DNA of 61,575 nt, the filler included, from Choristocarpus tenellus KU-1152 (taxonomy: Eukaryota; Protista; Phaeophyceae): NCBI GenBank assembly GCA_964200185.2. It is 7 parts of 7 records of this genome, joined end to end, with 100 filler letters (N's around TTAATTAATTAA, not from the genome) between each part and the next. Parts side by side here need not be neighbours in the genome. Positions count along the whole stretch, not along the records: positions 1 to 8,339 come from CAXNAD020004836.1; positions 8,440 to 11,135 come from CAXNAD020025568.1; positions 11,236 to 17,860 come from CAXNAD020007724.1; 4 more parts are not named here. One strand, 5' to 3'. The notes under the pieces are model-generated. The model had not been told where the DNA came from. It did not search any database and was given only the letters and a program-made list of their open reading frames with translations. Below are positions 1-14,200 of the stretch, piece by piece (position 1 is the stretch's first letter; the number at the start of each line of letters is the position of its first letter). The translations under genes were made by a program, and so were the position numbers.

Positions 1-141
1 GGCATTTGCACTGGTTGGTCACCAAATGTGGGGATGGCTGGCAATCAGTGACGAAGGGCATTCGCACTGGTTGGTCATCCAATGGGGATGGCTGGCAACC
101 GGTGACGAAGGGCATTCACACTGGTTGGTCATCAAATGGGG
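1..141. repeat. Tandem repeat, ~54-56 bp unit, 2.5 copies
   Basis: Unit GGCATT.GCACTGGTTGGTCA...GGGGATGGCTGGCAA.C.GTGACGAAG at 1-56, 57-110 and a partial copy at 111-141. No unique spacers. Confidence 0.85.
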
Positions 142-444
142 AATAGAGGATAGAGGAATAAGAAAATAGGAAAGTGCAAAATAATAATAATAATCCAGAA
201 TTCGTGAGCAAAACAAAATGTTGTCCTTGTGCTATTTTAGAACCTTTGCCTTCATTCCCAATAATAGGACCAATTAATTATAAATCGATTTGTGTCTTGT
301 TCTATAAATATATCCTTCCCTCTCTCATCTTTCTGATCTATCCTTGTGCCCCTTTAGTGTCCCACTTACTCTGAATCTGCAAGAACATTTCCTGAAGGAC
401 TATACAGTTGGATGGTTGGAGTAGATTAAAAAAGTGTGCTCTTT

Positions 445-944
445 GTCATGTCATCCTCTGGCTCATGGAATTGCAAGCAAACAGGGTCTCTTGTGTCCTT
501 TTCAGCTCCTTGAAAATAATCGTGATTGAGCCAGTGAAAGGTGACAACTACTTCTAATACTTCAAAAATATATTTTAGAGGAATCGAAGTTTAACCACCT
601 TGATTGATTTTGGCTGGTTTATGCCCATCGCTGACTAAGGGTGTCAGGTGACAACTACTTCGATACTTGACTGCCCAATACATTAAAAGAGCGTATTTGT
701 TATTCAACAGTCATGAAGTCCTCTAGCTCATCATGCAATTGCAAACTACCGTCTCTTGTGTCCTTTTCTGCTCTTTGAAAACAATCATGATTGAGGCGTC
801 AAGAAGTGACAACTTCTGCTAATGCTTGAAAAACGTTATCTTAGAGGAGTCAAAACTTGAGCGCCTGGATTGATTTTGGCATCCTATATCCGTAACTAGT
901 CAAAGATGTCAGGTGAAAACTACTTGGAACCTTGACTGCCCAGT
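445..944. repeat. Diverged direct repeat, two ~235-bp copies (period ~265 bp)
   Basis: Copies at ~445-680 and ~710-944 share, in order, GTCTCTTGTGTCCTTTTC, TGATTGAG, TTAGAGGA, GATTGATTTTGGC, TGTCAGGTGA and CTTGACTGCCCA. Confidence 0.8.
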
Positions 945-2677
945 AGTGAAATTTTGCGTTGTCTGCAATCATTGACCACAATTTCGATTTATCGTCTCGG
1001 AAAATATTGGTACATCTCGATCTTTATATAAAGTCGATATACCATCAAAACACCAGGAAACAGGAAACCATTGCCACCTTGTGACTCTGAACCTTACAGG
1101 GTTACAGTTCATGGGTTTATTGTGCGACCGTGGACATTTGGCTTGGTGGAGTGGATCGTACCACACAATCAACTTAGAGCATGAAAAATATTAAATATGT
1201 ATACAGTCTCCAAAATTAGTAGTTCAGAATAAGACTCTGTGGAAGAAGATTATAGGTTATTTTGAGGATACTTAAGCTGAATGATCCTTCAACAAGTGAA
1301 TAAACATAACAAGGAGGCTTAATCTAGCAACAGGCTCCCTCTAAGATAACATGCCTCTCAGCCTTACACAAGGATTCTGCAGAACTCAAATTTGCACTGC
1401 ATTCTATATTGTTGACTCCAAACAGGGGGCTAACACACCATATTGCAGCACAGGAAAAGAGCTCAAAAAATATGCAAGACAATTGAAAGTATTTCCCTAA
1501 AGTCCATCCGACTATGCCTTAAAACAGCCAAGGTAAACAGATTCAGTCAGAGTAGACCGTACCAACCATGCGAGATCACCTCAAGAGGTCAACACCACAA
1601 CACATTTGGTAACACAGCACTCTTTTTCAACGTGACCTCACTAAGAAAATCGCTTGCTTGGAACTATCAATCTATAAAGATTACGCTGTTCGACTCTTAC
1701 TTTTATTTTACGTAGGTACAAAACTTATATGATATGTGACCTACTTACCACACCCTGACCTCAGTTTCACCAGTGTCCTCATCACAGTTTGTAAACCAAC
1801 AAGGAAAAAGGACATCATAAGGTAGCTTCAAAATCCAAGTCGAAACCGAAGTTCTGATATGTGTGACCTTTCAGAAAAAAACATGCAACATCTTCCAGCT
1901 GTGTAGATGCAGAACCCTCATTGATCAAGGGGTATTGGAGACTCTTCGATCCACAACCGCAAGTAGCATAAAATTCTGCAATCAGCGCAACATAACCAAC
2001 AGTTACATACGCAATTAAAACTAAAGTATGGTCGCATGTATCAAGTATTCTAGTTTGTTGTGCCGATGAAGGACTTTCCCAAGGACGGAAGGTGCTATGT
2101 TGCAACCGTAAGTCATTCCTTGAAATGTCTAAAGTAACTTCAACAGAGCACAACCTTGCAAACAGTTGGCAACCTTTCACCAGCAGCTACCCACACACAT
2201 ATTAGGGGCAAAATTATTCTATCCAAACATAGACGGAAATATATCAAAGCAAAAATGTAGAGAACTGGTCTCTTCCTGGGGCATCAAAGTGAAAATACAT
2301 CCAGTAAGGCTTGAGACTCGTCCTACCTTGACTGTAATGATTCCATTATGTGCCATGAGAATTACCTCACTTCCGAAAGACAGTTCTACTTATCCTCAAC
2401 AAAAATATATCTTCCTACCCCTGGGTCAAAATAAAAAAGAGGCTACACTTGAAGAAAAAAAAATCAGGCCCCAACTACATCCCTCTTCCACCCCACCCCC
2501 TTACCATGCAACACAATTGGAGATTCGAGGCATGGGCATGCATGACCCCCTCATGAAGTGAAATTACTACTGTCGGGAAAAAGCAAAAAAAACAAACACA
2601 AGCACCACTATAAACAGATTACTACGAACACACCCTACATTCATGCCTTCTAGGTTTTATAAAACAAGGAGGGGAAC

Positions 2678-5531
2678 TCAATCAGAGGAGTTCACAAACA
2701 CAAACTTGTCCCCCCGTTTCTCCACACCAGCACAAGATGTGGCAATCCTCCATGTTGCCTGGGGCAAGGGAGTTGGATCATATAGGTAGAAATCTGGGAA
2801 AGCTGCCTTGATTGCGTTTGTGGCCTCCAGGGCGTGGTAGTGGGGGATGGTGCAGTCAACCTGAGGTGGGGGGGGAAGGTAGAGGGGTGGGAGAGGGGGT
2901 TGGGGAGTTGTGATGCCCAGAACTAGGTGAAAGGGGCAATTTCAAGAATAACTTGAGTGCTAGGCATTTAGAAGTATTCCAAAGCTAATTTTCCTAGGTT
3001 GCGAACCTTTATCTCAAGGGAACCTGACAAAACCCGAAACAAGCAGATTGCAGGTATATATGTATCCTCACAGTATAACCTTGTAACAAAAAGCCTAGTA
3101 CCTACACCAAAAGCACTAAACAGAGTCAAGTGGTTCCCAGGGTGCAAAAACTGAGCAACAGCAATGGGGGTCTGGAATTGGACTGTCATCTCAGTACATC
3201 TGAAAGGATGCATCATAAAAAAAAATGTAATTTAAATCTTGTAACAGGGTCTCATTCAGAAGTTGCAAAGTAGTCCTATAATCAGATCGTCCTGTTAATG
3301 ACCCACTCTCTCTCTCTCTCTCTCTAAGAAAAGGAGATGTACTCACATGGTGTGCCACATGTGTAGACCCAATGCGGTGGTGCAGCATGTCCAGGATTTT
3401 TCCGTAAGGCCTATCAACAGTGTGGAAAGCCCCCTTGATGTAATTCCAATTATCCGCCTCAAAGTGGGGGACATCAACATCAGTGTGCTGTAGCCAAGTG
3501 ATCAGCACCAGCCAAGCATTCACCACTAAATAAGGCCCACCATACAGTGCAGCTACCTTCAGTGCCCCTGCCTTGGACACCCATGCACCCAATCCCGCCA
3601 GCATTGCCCCTACCCCCACATTTGAAAGCCACACCTTCTTCTTCCAAGCCCCAGGGTACAGGTCCGTCTTTTGCTCCCCAGTGGAGAACGGAGGGTGGGG
3701 GAAGAAGTGGCTTGTCATGCCCCTTGATGGCCCACCAGTCATCCCGAACATAAGATATGCTGGCCAGCCAAACTTGGAAAAAAGACAAGAACACAAGGTA
3801 GGGAGTACAATTGTGGAGCAAGGGGTAGGAGAGACAGGAGGTAAGGCTACTCATCTAAAAGTGTCTACTCAGTGTTTCGCTGCAAAGAGTGCTGCATTTA
3901 CATTCCCCTCCCACTAGAGTGCAGAAGAAGGCAATGTGGGGGAAAGGGTAGCATGTTGGAATGGGACACCACACATACCACCAAGTCAAGACTTCCGACA
4001 AGGACATCACGTACAACAGCGTCTAAAACCTTTCCCATTATCAATTACTCCTATTGGATATTGCAATATACACACACAAGTCGCATGAGGGATGCTGTGA
4101 GAAATTTGGAGCTCCTCTCACCACCAAGTGGCTTATGGTTTGCATTGTGCCAAAGACCGAGGTCCCCACAGGTTTGCCCAGAACCTTCCTCAACAAATTG
4201 CGGGTGCCCTGCAAGCCAGCTTCATCTACTAGCTCTGGCACATGAGTTTCTCCCTCAGTCATGTGGTTGGTTCTAGCATGGTGCACGGCATGACTGCGCT
4301 GCCATGAGAAGTACGGCACTAGCAGCAGGGACTGCAAAGGTTGCAAGGTTTGTGGTATGGTCAGAGATTTCATTTCAGCTTCAAGTAAGCTTCTGTGGGG
4401 TGGAAACTCAAGCAAGATAGCATTGCAGGATGGAGATGAAATCAGTGAGGTCGAGCAGGTGATGAGAAATCAGTGAAGGCTGAGTGTAGCCCTGATCTCC
4501 TGCTGCAAAAACCATAACTGATTCTCACGTGAAGGATGTAGCCAACAGTGTCCTGAAGGGTCTTGTTGTCAGAGAAGGCTCCATGCCCGCATTCGTGGGC
4601 CACGACCCAAGACCCCGTCGCCACAGTGCCGCACACCACAGAGTATGCAATCCAGGCCGGCAACATCAGCAGCTTCGTGTTCAGAAATATGTTGAGGGAG
4701 ACGTTCGCAAAAGGTGTACGGAAAGTGTGAAAATCGTGTAGTGGGACCCTTCTCAAATCTCCAACCATCGAATACTATCAAGTGCAGTGGGTGTTCCCAC
4801 TGACGGTAGTGGCTGTGTTACGCAGCATTTGCCAGCTCTGACATACTTAGAGGTGATAGTACATTAATCGTGGGTGGAATATGTAGGTTGGGTAACAAAC
4901 CTCTGTCGTGTGCCCGAACAGCACTGGTCCTCGTGACAAACGAAAGACACACCACCCAAGCATATTAATTGAGTGTTATCCATGAGTGCAAAAACATAAC
5001 TTCGGTTGCGGGGCGTAAGATTCGACATTCTTTTGTTGTATCAACGTTATTAACGTCAGCAAGTTCGACTCGGAACAATCCTTGATGAACCTCCCCCACC
5101 TTAAGGGGCAAGAACTTGGCAGTTAGGAAACCAATCCCGAGCGTCATCGCCGTTGACATGATAGCGTACTTCATCGACCTCATGGTGTCCTTGACGAAAC
5201 AATGTTTGGGGATTGCATCCGTCACCTCCTTCTTTGTAGGGAACACCTTGGGCTGGAGTGCCTTCCCCTGCAGCCCACTAAATGAGACTCCACTTAGGTC
5301 GATTCCATTTGGGACGAGCTTTACATCAGAGGGGGGAGAAATTGTGACCATCCTGACCAGGGAGGAGGATCGAGACAAGTTCTGAGTGGTAGGCGACAAA
5401 CTCGGGGTGGAGACGAAACGAAAAACATGAGCTGACACAGGCTGCGCACTCAATGCGAAGCTCCTTACTCCACATGGGAGGCCACAAAGCACTACCGCAA
5501 ATATCGGTACGACTAAAGTGGGCGCCTTCAT
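2678..5531 (-). CDS. Plastid-targeted membrane fatty-acid desaturase (Delta12/omega6-omega3 family), 5 exons, 464 aa
   Basis: Exons 5531-5100, 4672-4529, 4331-4122, 3772-3347, 2860-2678; all introns GT-AG and phase 0; 1395 nt. His boxes HECGH, HAVHH (PYFSWQRSHAVHH) and HVAHH; also AIPKHCF, TWLQHT, DRPYG, IPHYHALEAT. N-terminus is a hydrophobic signal peptide, then VRS|FAL, then an S/T-rich transit peptide. Confidence 0.93.
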
Positions 5532-6764
5532 CTTCGCCTGGGTTGCACTCCAGAATTGACCCAGGAGACTGGATGAACACGCGTGTCTGGAAAGGAAGGG
5601 ATGATGTTCGCACAGTTTGAGCCCCCAAGATATGTTCTCTTTTTTTATATACCCTATTCTTTTTTGTAGATACCTGCGTCATCCCTTCACACTCACACGA
5701 TTCTTGATTGGGTATTGAGTGGGTGAGGTGTAATATACTATGTGACTATCATCATCATTATTAAGACAAGCATACGTATGTTTGGACTAGGAAAACAAAT
5801 AATAATAAATACTGATAACATGCTAGATTCTTGTCATTATTAGGGTGTTTGAGCAAAATGATACCACACTATCGAAAAAGTCTTACGTATCACCCCATCA
5901 TATAGTATTAGAACTACCACAATGTTGACATATAACGACATATGTAACGGACAGGTGCCTTTGGGAGCTGATCTGAGTCCAAATACACATCCGCGCGCAC
6001 ACACAAGTGCATTGCGCGCACATTTCTTTGTCATCGGTTACTTTCCCGCCAATATCAAACACAGAAACGTTGAGGACCCTCAGACCACTTTCGGTTGAAC
6101 ATTCACAAAGATGCGATATCATCCATCGGATCTGAGACCCCATCAAAACTTTGACTAAGATTTGATAACCGAGAAAGCTTTGGGTTTGCTGGGTAGCACC
6201 CCACCATGACACAACTGGTGATTCTGAACACCCCCCACGACTGATTGGACCCTGCCTAACACAGTGGTACTCACGCCTACAGTAAAAAGGGGATGGATCA
6301 ACCATACAGAGAAATAACCAAGCATAAGAAAAAGATAGGAAAACCAAAATCACTGGAACCCCTGAAACAGCACCTGCCTCAAGCCAGACACCTGGGTCCA
6401 CCACCGATACTCCATCAACCAATTCGGTTGATGGCGTCCTAGGAGGCTCGCTTGAGAAAAACGGGATGGCGGGGGGAAAAGCCAGGGACCGGCCCCCCCG
6501 CAGTATGGTCAGCCCATCCACCAATCAGTTTGCAGTACTGGAAGAAAGCTGTGAGCCCGACAACCCACCTCCACTGAAAAACCTTAGCGATGATTATGTG
6601 GAAAGAATCCTGTTGGACTTCAGGGCTGGGAAAATCCAGGATCATGCTTTGGTGGTTTCCGCGCTTCAGACCCTGCCTAACACACACACATATAATACTT
6701 TTTCGATAGTGTGTTTCATTTAGCGCAAACACGCTATTGTTCCCTACACCTCCTCACCCTTACA

Positions 6765-7371
6765 GGAATAACCTAGGTTGGAGAGAGAGGAAGGCAGTGG
6801 TACAACGTAGGTGATAGGAAAATAGCAAACAGATTAATGTTTTTCACATTTGCGACAACTGTTACTTCTTTAGGGATATTTCTGACATATATATGAGTAG
6901 TTTTCATTGGTTTTTCCTTCGACACATCTACAAAATAGTACAGGGCATAATAATAAAATCGCCCCTGAGATGCAGGAGTAGGTAGGTTAGAGACACAAGA
7001 AGGCAGTGGCACGACATAGATGGTAGTAAAATAGTAAATAGATTAGTGTTTTTACATTTGTGACAACTTTACTTCTTTAGAAATTTTCTGACATATGAAT
7101 AGTTTGCATTGATTTTTCCCCTGACACATCGACAAAATGTTAGAGGGTATAATAATAAAATCGACCCCAGGTTCAGGAATAAGTAGGTTAGAAACACGGG
7201 AAGGCAGTAGTGGTAGAACGTAGATGGTAGTAAAATAGCAAACAGATGAATGTTTTGCACATTTGTCACAACTGTTGCTTAGGGATTTTCTGACACGTGA
7301 ATAGTTTTGAGTAGTGTTTCCCCTGACACATCTGCAAAATGTCACAGGGCATAATAATAAAAATAAAATCG
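6765..7371. repeat. Tandem repeat, ~200-208 bp unit, 3 diverged copies
   Basis: Units start near 6765, 6973 and 7174 and share TAGGTT.GA, GAAGGCAGT, AAAATAG.AAA.AGAT, CACATTTG..ACAACT, TTCTGACA, GACACATC and ATAATAATAAAA. Confidence 0.85.
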
Positions 7372-8339
7372 ATTATGTCCAGTTAATTGCCGGCCTGCTT
7401 AAAATCCTCCAAACATTTCACTATTATATGTCCAGCAATTGGATGTAAGCAGTCGCTCAAGTTATTTCTCCCACAAACAAATCAGATTGCGGGGGTGTAA
7501 AGACCTTCAAACAGCCTCAATCTGGTGGGTAAGGGCAATACAAACCAAGGCAGATGGTACGAGTGTATGGTGGACGGAAAAAAAGTGCTTCTTAAGCAAG
7601 TCATGTAAGAGAAATTGTCATAGTTGGCTTACGTCGTGCTAAAGCAGGAGGTAAGGGATCCCAACTTGATCGGAGGGTATCTGCACTCACGACTTCCTGC
7701 TGAACATTGCTTTATCTTTACCATTTCCTTCTGCAAGTTGAACATCCCTGCAATTACTCTTTCCTCAATGCTTACACGACACTAAAGAACAAAAGTGAAA
7801 CAGAAGGATATTCATTTATGGAAAGATTGAAGATGAAAGGAAACTTACCAAAACTATACGGGCAAACATTAATTGTAAAATGTTCCAACAGTCTACACCA
7901 CACACCACGTGATACACCTGTCCTGTATAGATAAGCATACGACGAAGAGAACGATATGTAGCAAAACGTTACCCTAATCAAAATGCGAACTCTAACAAAT
8001 AAGTAGAAAAGGATGTATATACCACTCAAAAGTGTTCATCTTTCGCTCTCTCGTCTTGTCAGTTCGTAACAGTTGTTAGGTACACACACACTGTAACCTT
8101 CTCCTTCTCCTTTTCTCCTGAACCTGTGCTTGGTGGAACATAGTGTGGCTACTATTTGCTGGATTTTCCACTACACTATTACCCACCACGGTATTGCTGT
8201 TGAACTATCCCACACTGGACCCGCGGTTTTAGATGGTGCTTTAATGAAGGACAAAGAACAGCTTGGTGTAGATGAACAATGTTAAAAATACAAGTGCCTT
8301 GATCTCTACTCCGATGACTGAACAAGTGTGTGAGACTCT

Positions 8340-8439
8340 NNNNNNNNNNNNNNNNNNNNNNNNNNNNNNNNNNNNNNNNNNNNTTAATTAATTAANNNNN
8401 NNNNNNNNNNNNNNNNNNNNNNNNNNNNNNNNNNNNNNN
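8340..8439. other. Artificial contig spacer N44-TTAATTAATTAA-N44 (also at 11136-11235, 17861-17960, 23196-23295, 46162-46261, 58125-58224)
   Basis: The identical 100-nt construct occurs six times; the 12-mer gives stop codons in all six frames. Confidence 0.97.
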
Positions 8440-11235
8440 GTATTGTTGCCTTCCTTTTTTTTCTGGGTGCTAGTATAGTAGTTTTCTCATCCGTTATCCC
8501 CCCCGCCCTCCCCACACACAAATGCACTACTTTTTTTCAGGATTGCTATTTGCTGTTCCACCATATACCAGAAACTGACTTGGCAGGTGTCCTTCTTACC
8601 CCTAGAGATATGGTTCCCCTAACAGACCTGTGAACAGCAACATGTAAACCAATGGAAAGGGGTGATGTGTTATGTTGAGCCAATGCAATCCGTTCTTCCT
8701 GCAGTATCCCCTAGCCCTAACTCCTTACCTTTTTTGTGGTGATGATTCTTGAAATGTGCAGCATCTGGAAAGTACGGATAAGCGCTTTGAGGTAGGGTCA
8801 GAGTGGAACCTGTTCCGGGACCACTTGGAGATGGTGAGTGACTCAATAACTATTCCTATGTAGTGCTTATGTATTGTATCACTATTACTTTGGTTTTATA
8901 GTACTGAAGAGTGCATTTTATTTTGTTTACGCCTCCTTTGCTAAGGACACCCATAGGTATGTGTGTGTGAAGCTCCGATCATTCAGCAAGCAGGTCCTTG
9001 GTCTTTTTTTTCAGTATTTCGTGATACTTTGGTAGTGTTACCAAAAAAAAAAGACTCAGTTTTTACCTATGTGACGGAGACCTCTTGATTCGATTTTATC
9101 TTTTTCAAGAAAATATCATACTTTGTCTTCTGTAGATGTAGTTTTTAAAAATAGTAACCCTTTTAGTCAAGGATGATAACCAGCGTTAATAAAAACTATG
9201 TATGAAAATGAAAGATGAATGTGATTGGGTTATAATGCAGTACACGCACATAGTTCTAAGTTGAAGATGAAGATACCTTTTGGGGGTGGTCTTTTTGGGT
9301 CACACTGTTTTGGGTGCAAAAATTGTGGGTTTTTCTCATTGTACAGCGAGGGGGGGGGGTAACCTTTTGTTGCTAGGTGTGGGTTACTTTTTCTTTCATG
9401 GTTCAGATTTACTCTTGGGGAGTGGTGTTGTGGGCAGTAAGTGGTTTTAACATAAACATTATTTTTTTTTGGCAGTTTCATATATTATTATTATGAACAT
9501 TTGAAATGTGCACACTAGTTTTAACATGTTTTGTCCCTTTTTTGAGTTGAGGTTAGGGTTACAGTGGCACAGCAAATAGCACCTTATTTAAAGAGGGGTA
9601 AGAGGTTTGATGTAGATGAGATTTAGTTTGACGTGCCCTTGTTGAGTTTCTCATTGCATGACTTGAATTGGAATGACTCTTTTAGATGCATATGTTGTTA
9701 CTTCTTTCAACCCCTTAGAATTTACAAAATGCCAGAGGGACACAGATATCAGTCACCTTTTTTACCACATCCCACTCTATTCCTTTGGCTTCAAGTCATG
9801 GTTTAACCTTTCTGGTCTTTTCAGGTGTTTTTATTTTTTCTTTACTTGTGTTTACTCTTGTTATTATTGGGGAGATCTACCAGGCGTCCTTTTTTAAGCA
9901 AAACAATGTCCTCTTAATTTTTTTTACATAATAAGAATAAGAACCATGCAAGAACATTTCGACCAATAGAAAGTGTTCGCCCCGGAGCTTCTCCCCTCCC
10001 AACCAATCCCTTGCCACTGATGTGGTGACTCCTCCGTTAATTGTTTCTTCTCTTTTGAACAAAAAAAAAGTGTATGAAACAAGACTTGAGCGACCTCCAG
10101 CGAACCATTGTCCGGATGAGGGTTGGCATGGAGGAGGAGAGGGTGTGGTCAAGGAGAGAGATCTGTGAGGTGCGTGGGGGGAATGAAATCCACACACAAG
10201 GGTTTCATTGGCATTATCATCATCAGTACGTCTGCATATTATCAACAAAAAAGGTTACAGAGTTAACAGGGTGATCTTGGTTAGAATATATATTATTACG
10301 TACGTGTATGAAAATATATATTTATCTGAAATGGCAAAAAAAAAAAAAAGTGTTTTGGATGTGGTTGGCGTGTAAGGGTTAGGGTTTGATCTGTACTCGT
10401 GGGGGGCTCTTCCCTTGTTTCTAGACCGCGTTGATGGTATCGTGGTGCTGAAAAAGATAAATGTGTAGTGCAATTCATAGCGCGTGTTGTACATTTAACA
10501 TATTGTTGTTAATGGAACCTTTCAGGATTTTTCGTTGAAAACGAAGCAGTTGCAACAGGAGACCTTTACTTGCTTTTATTTTAATTTCCATTGGTGCTCT
10601 TCATCTATTATTGGAATGCTTTATAGCTGGAAAAGATTGGTCTTCTGCAAGGACTAGGTCAGTGCACACAATTTTATAAATATGGACTATTAACAATCAA
10701 ACACACAAACATGCAAGGTAAGTGTAGACAACATATCACAACCATTGCGCCCTGCCTTAGTCACTCGATTTTCGGTGCCTTACCATATCTGCCCATCCCC
10801 CACCCCACTCCACCCACTCTCATCTGATTTTTGCACTTTGAATTGAATCCTCATGGATGCAGACCCTGAAAATGACAATGAAAGGGGTGCTTGTAGAGGA
10901 GAAGTTGGCCTTATCCAAGCTGGGGAAGGCTTCATTGGCGGAGTTCCAACACCTTGCGCATGCCTTGTAGTAATAATATTTGTTGTATTGGTTTGGTGAA
11001 TGTTGCGGTGAGTGTGTCAAGGAAAGGGAGATGAAATGGAGATGTGAGTTGGAAGGATTTAGTTGGATTTGCTGAGGGGGGACAAGGGGGAAAGGAGATA
11101 CAAAAGAGTCCTTAGTTTCTTTTGAGGGTGGGGGGNNNNNNNNNNNNNNNNNNNNNNNNNNNNNNNNNNNNNNNNNNNNTTAATTAATTAANNNNNNNNN
11201 NNNNNNNNNNNNNNNNNNNNNNNNNNNNNNNNNNN

Positions 11236-14200
11236 TTGACAAGTTATTTTGCTTCACTTCACTCAGATTATACGTTAATATTCACACATCTCGTAGAAGT
11301 GCGTAGGAAACTACAAGTATGTCGAAAGAGGTAAAGGTAGGCTGTTATACTCCAAAACTTGCTGCACACTAGACCGCACTAAAAACTGTGGTCTCTCGGC
11401 ATCACCCCTTGTGCAAGTCCACATGCAAGCAAGGTCATGTGAATCAAGACAAGAGACCACCCTATACCGTATCAACAGACATGTACTCCACTCATCACAT
11501 ACAGTCAGAATGGTGAAACTAAACAGATCCCTCAGTACCAAATACATCACCAACAACTGAAAGAATAGTTACACCCACACAATACATCATAACCTGCCCC
11601 CCTGTACCACAATCATCACGATATTGCCAGTCAACTGATAGTTTCCACTGCATGCTGTACTCAGTATATTTCCAGCTCTGTACATTATCTCACCAGTAGT
11701 ACTGCTACTGTTGAGTAGTAACAATCTAACCAACACAACATTCACTAGGGACTTTGTGACTGGTAATTCTAGCAGTAACACACTCAGTAACGATGACCCA
11801 AGAACAACACAAGTTGCAAACAGAGGAGCTTCCTTTGCAACACAAACAGACCTCAGTGCAGGAGGCTGAAGGCTCACATCTACAATGGCAGCTCTTTTGT
11901 CTACTGCTGCAATTGAGAGTATCATTGGGGATGCACATCCACACACAAACTGCAATGCTATCTGCCTGACTCACCAGTTGGTCACATCCTCCACGGCCAA
12001 GGTTGGTGATATTTTTCAAATTTTTGTTTCTAAAATTGGGACAAAGGTACAATCAACCTTGAGGAGCAAGAAGTACCATAAGAAGAGCTATCTCTCACTT
12101 TCACACACTTTCACACACACACACACACACATGTGTAGCTCCGATTGTCTGTCCAACTGAGGTCAGGTCAACAAAGGGTTCTTGGCGCACAGAGGAACAG
12201 GGGCTTGACACATGCAGATTTTGACACACACGCGAGCACACACTCCCCACAATCAGAACAGCCAGCCATGATCAATACTCAACCTTGGTCTTCATTTCTC
12301 AGGAAGAAATCAAAGGCAGTGAGCGATCATTTGGTCACACTGTGAAGTACCTCTACAATAGAAAAGTAAAGCGTACTAAAGGTTCCCAACTTTGGCTGCT
12401 TTCACAATAACCTCACAACCAAACGGAACACACTCAGGAACCACACTATGGCGCCCATCAGCCTCGGCCTCAACCGATCATCTCCAATGACCAAGGACAG
12501 TGCTTGGTCTTGGTGATAGATGTACAATAGAGCCAGTCATGCAGCACTAAGAGAACCAGGTGATACGGACAAGAGAGGGAGCATGGCGTGCAAGTCCAAG
12601 CAATGCCACATAACATGAGCTCCTCAATAACCTTCCACACACACAAAGCAGAAAGGACAGAGGCTCTACAGCTATCAGGCAGTTTGCAGGTTCAATTGCA
12701 TCCTACTACCAACAATACTTAACCTGGCAGCACTAGCACCTTCTGCAGGCAGAACCTTTGTGCACATTCCCCACATACATAAAATCGGATTTTGCCTCAA
12801 CCCACCTTCCACAACACAAAACACAAAACACACCCGCCGATGCTGTTCTTACACCACTCACACTACAAACAAATCAAAGACATTTCCCCTTCAATGACAG
12901 ACAAAACACACACCACTACATCACACATGTGCCACCACTCCCATGTAACTAGCACCTAACAAAGAGTCATCTAACTATTGCGACTCTTCATCAAGTAGGG
13001 GGCATGCAGAACCAGGCCATGCATACCGCCAACTTCACAACTTACACCCTGAGCTGGGGAAAGCATGGACAACAGCACCATCAACCTTGGGTTTCGGTGA
13101 CTCCAACCTTGTCCGCCAAGGGGGCTAGTTTTCTGCTTCACATCCCAGTTTACAATCTCAACAGGTGTTCAGGGTAGAGTCCATGCAACACAAGATGGGG
13201 GAGGGGCCTGCACCGTGTCAACAAGGTCTATTGTACCATCAATATCTGGGCATCTATCGCTGGCTCCTCAACCATTCTCCATCTGAATGCAGTGGGGACT
13301 TTTACACCATTCATAAACCTTGCTTTCCTTGATATCTTCTACAATCAGGTAGCAAAAGATACAATTTTATCATTCCATTTCATCTACAAAACGTGACCAA
13401 GCCTCCCTCTAAGTTTACGTTCAGCTGCCTCCACAATCACCCTCCACCACACCTTCAACCTCGTTTTTTGGCCATGACAGCCCAGACTGTCTAAAATGAA
13501 CTAGTCCAAACACTGTTTTCTTCTTTTTGAATACAAACATACAAAATCAAGCACAGGCCACTCTACAAAATGTGCTATATCAAGAAAATCTGATAGCGAG
13601 CACATTCTCATGGTCACCAAGCACAGACGCTGTTGGTGCGTGTTTGCTGACCGCAAGACGGCTGTGCTTTACAAGGACAGAGGAGGAAATGAATAGTGCC
13701 AATTGACCACATACAAGTCGCGTGTACAACCTCTACCTGTGGCTGGCTTCGTAATCACCTCCTGCAGTAACTCTACTTGCACACCATGCCTCCTCAGTCT
13801 GCCATGGCACATGAAGGAGGAGATGGGACGCTTTACAACTTGTCCAATCACCTGAGGGTGGGAGGGTGGGGTACAAGGAGAAGGCTTCTGAATGAGTTCC
13901 TAGAGCTGCCAAGATATAAATATGTATATTTATTGGAACCAGTGGTAGGTCCCTATGATAAAGGTCACATTCCAGCTTGCAGCAGCCCACTGTTTCAATA
14001 CACTGCCTAAGAAAGAGAATTGAGATCACTTCATCAAGGCCTTGCGGTTAACAGACTTGGCCAACAATACTAGCCCCATCTCCTCAACCACCCACTAAAC
14101 AATCATACGAATTGTTCTGCTTAAGTGTAGGATAGGTGCAGTACACACTACACAAGCACAACCTCTACACAAGGGGGAAATGAACACTTGCAGTAAAAAT

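Noticed and set aside
1-141. CRISPR-like array
   Set aside because: Units abut with no unique spacers, the context is eukaryotic and there are no cas genes.
3480-5385. Antisense and alternate-frame ORFs overlapping desaturase exons (likewise over LTA4H, FMO and DUF6314)
   Set aside because: Shadow ORFs of real coding exons with no independent motifs.
6336-6723. Open frame containing NQFAVLEE (retroelement ORF1-like)
   Set aside because: A single short motif in low-complexity sequence; too little to assign.
8384-8395. Recurrent palindrome TTAATTAATTAA
   Set aside because: Always centred in N44/N44; an assembly linker, not biology.
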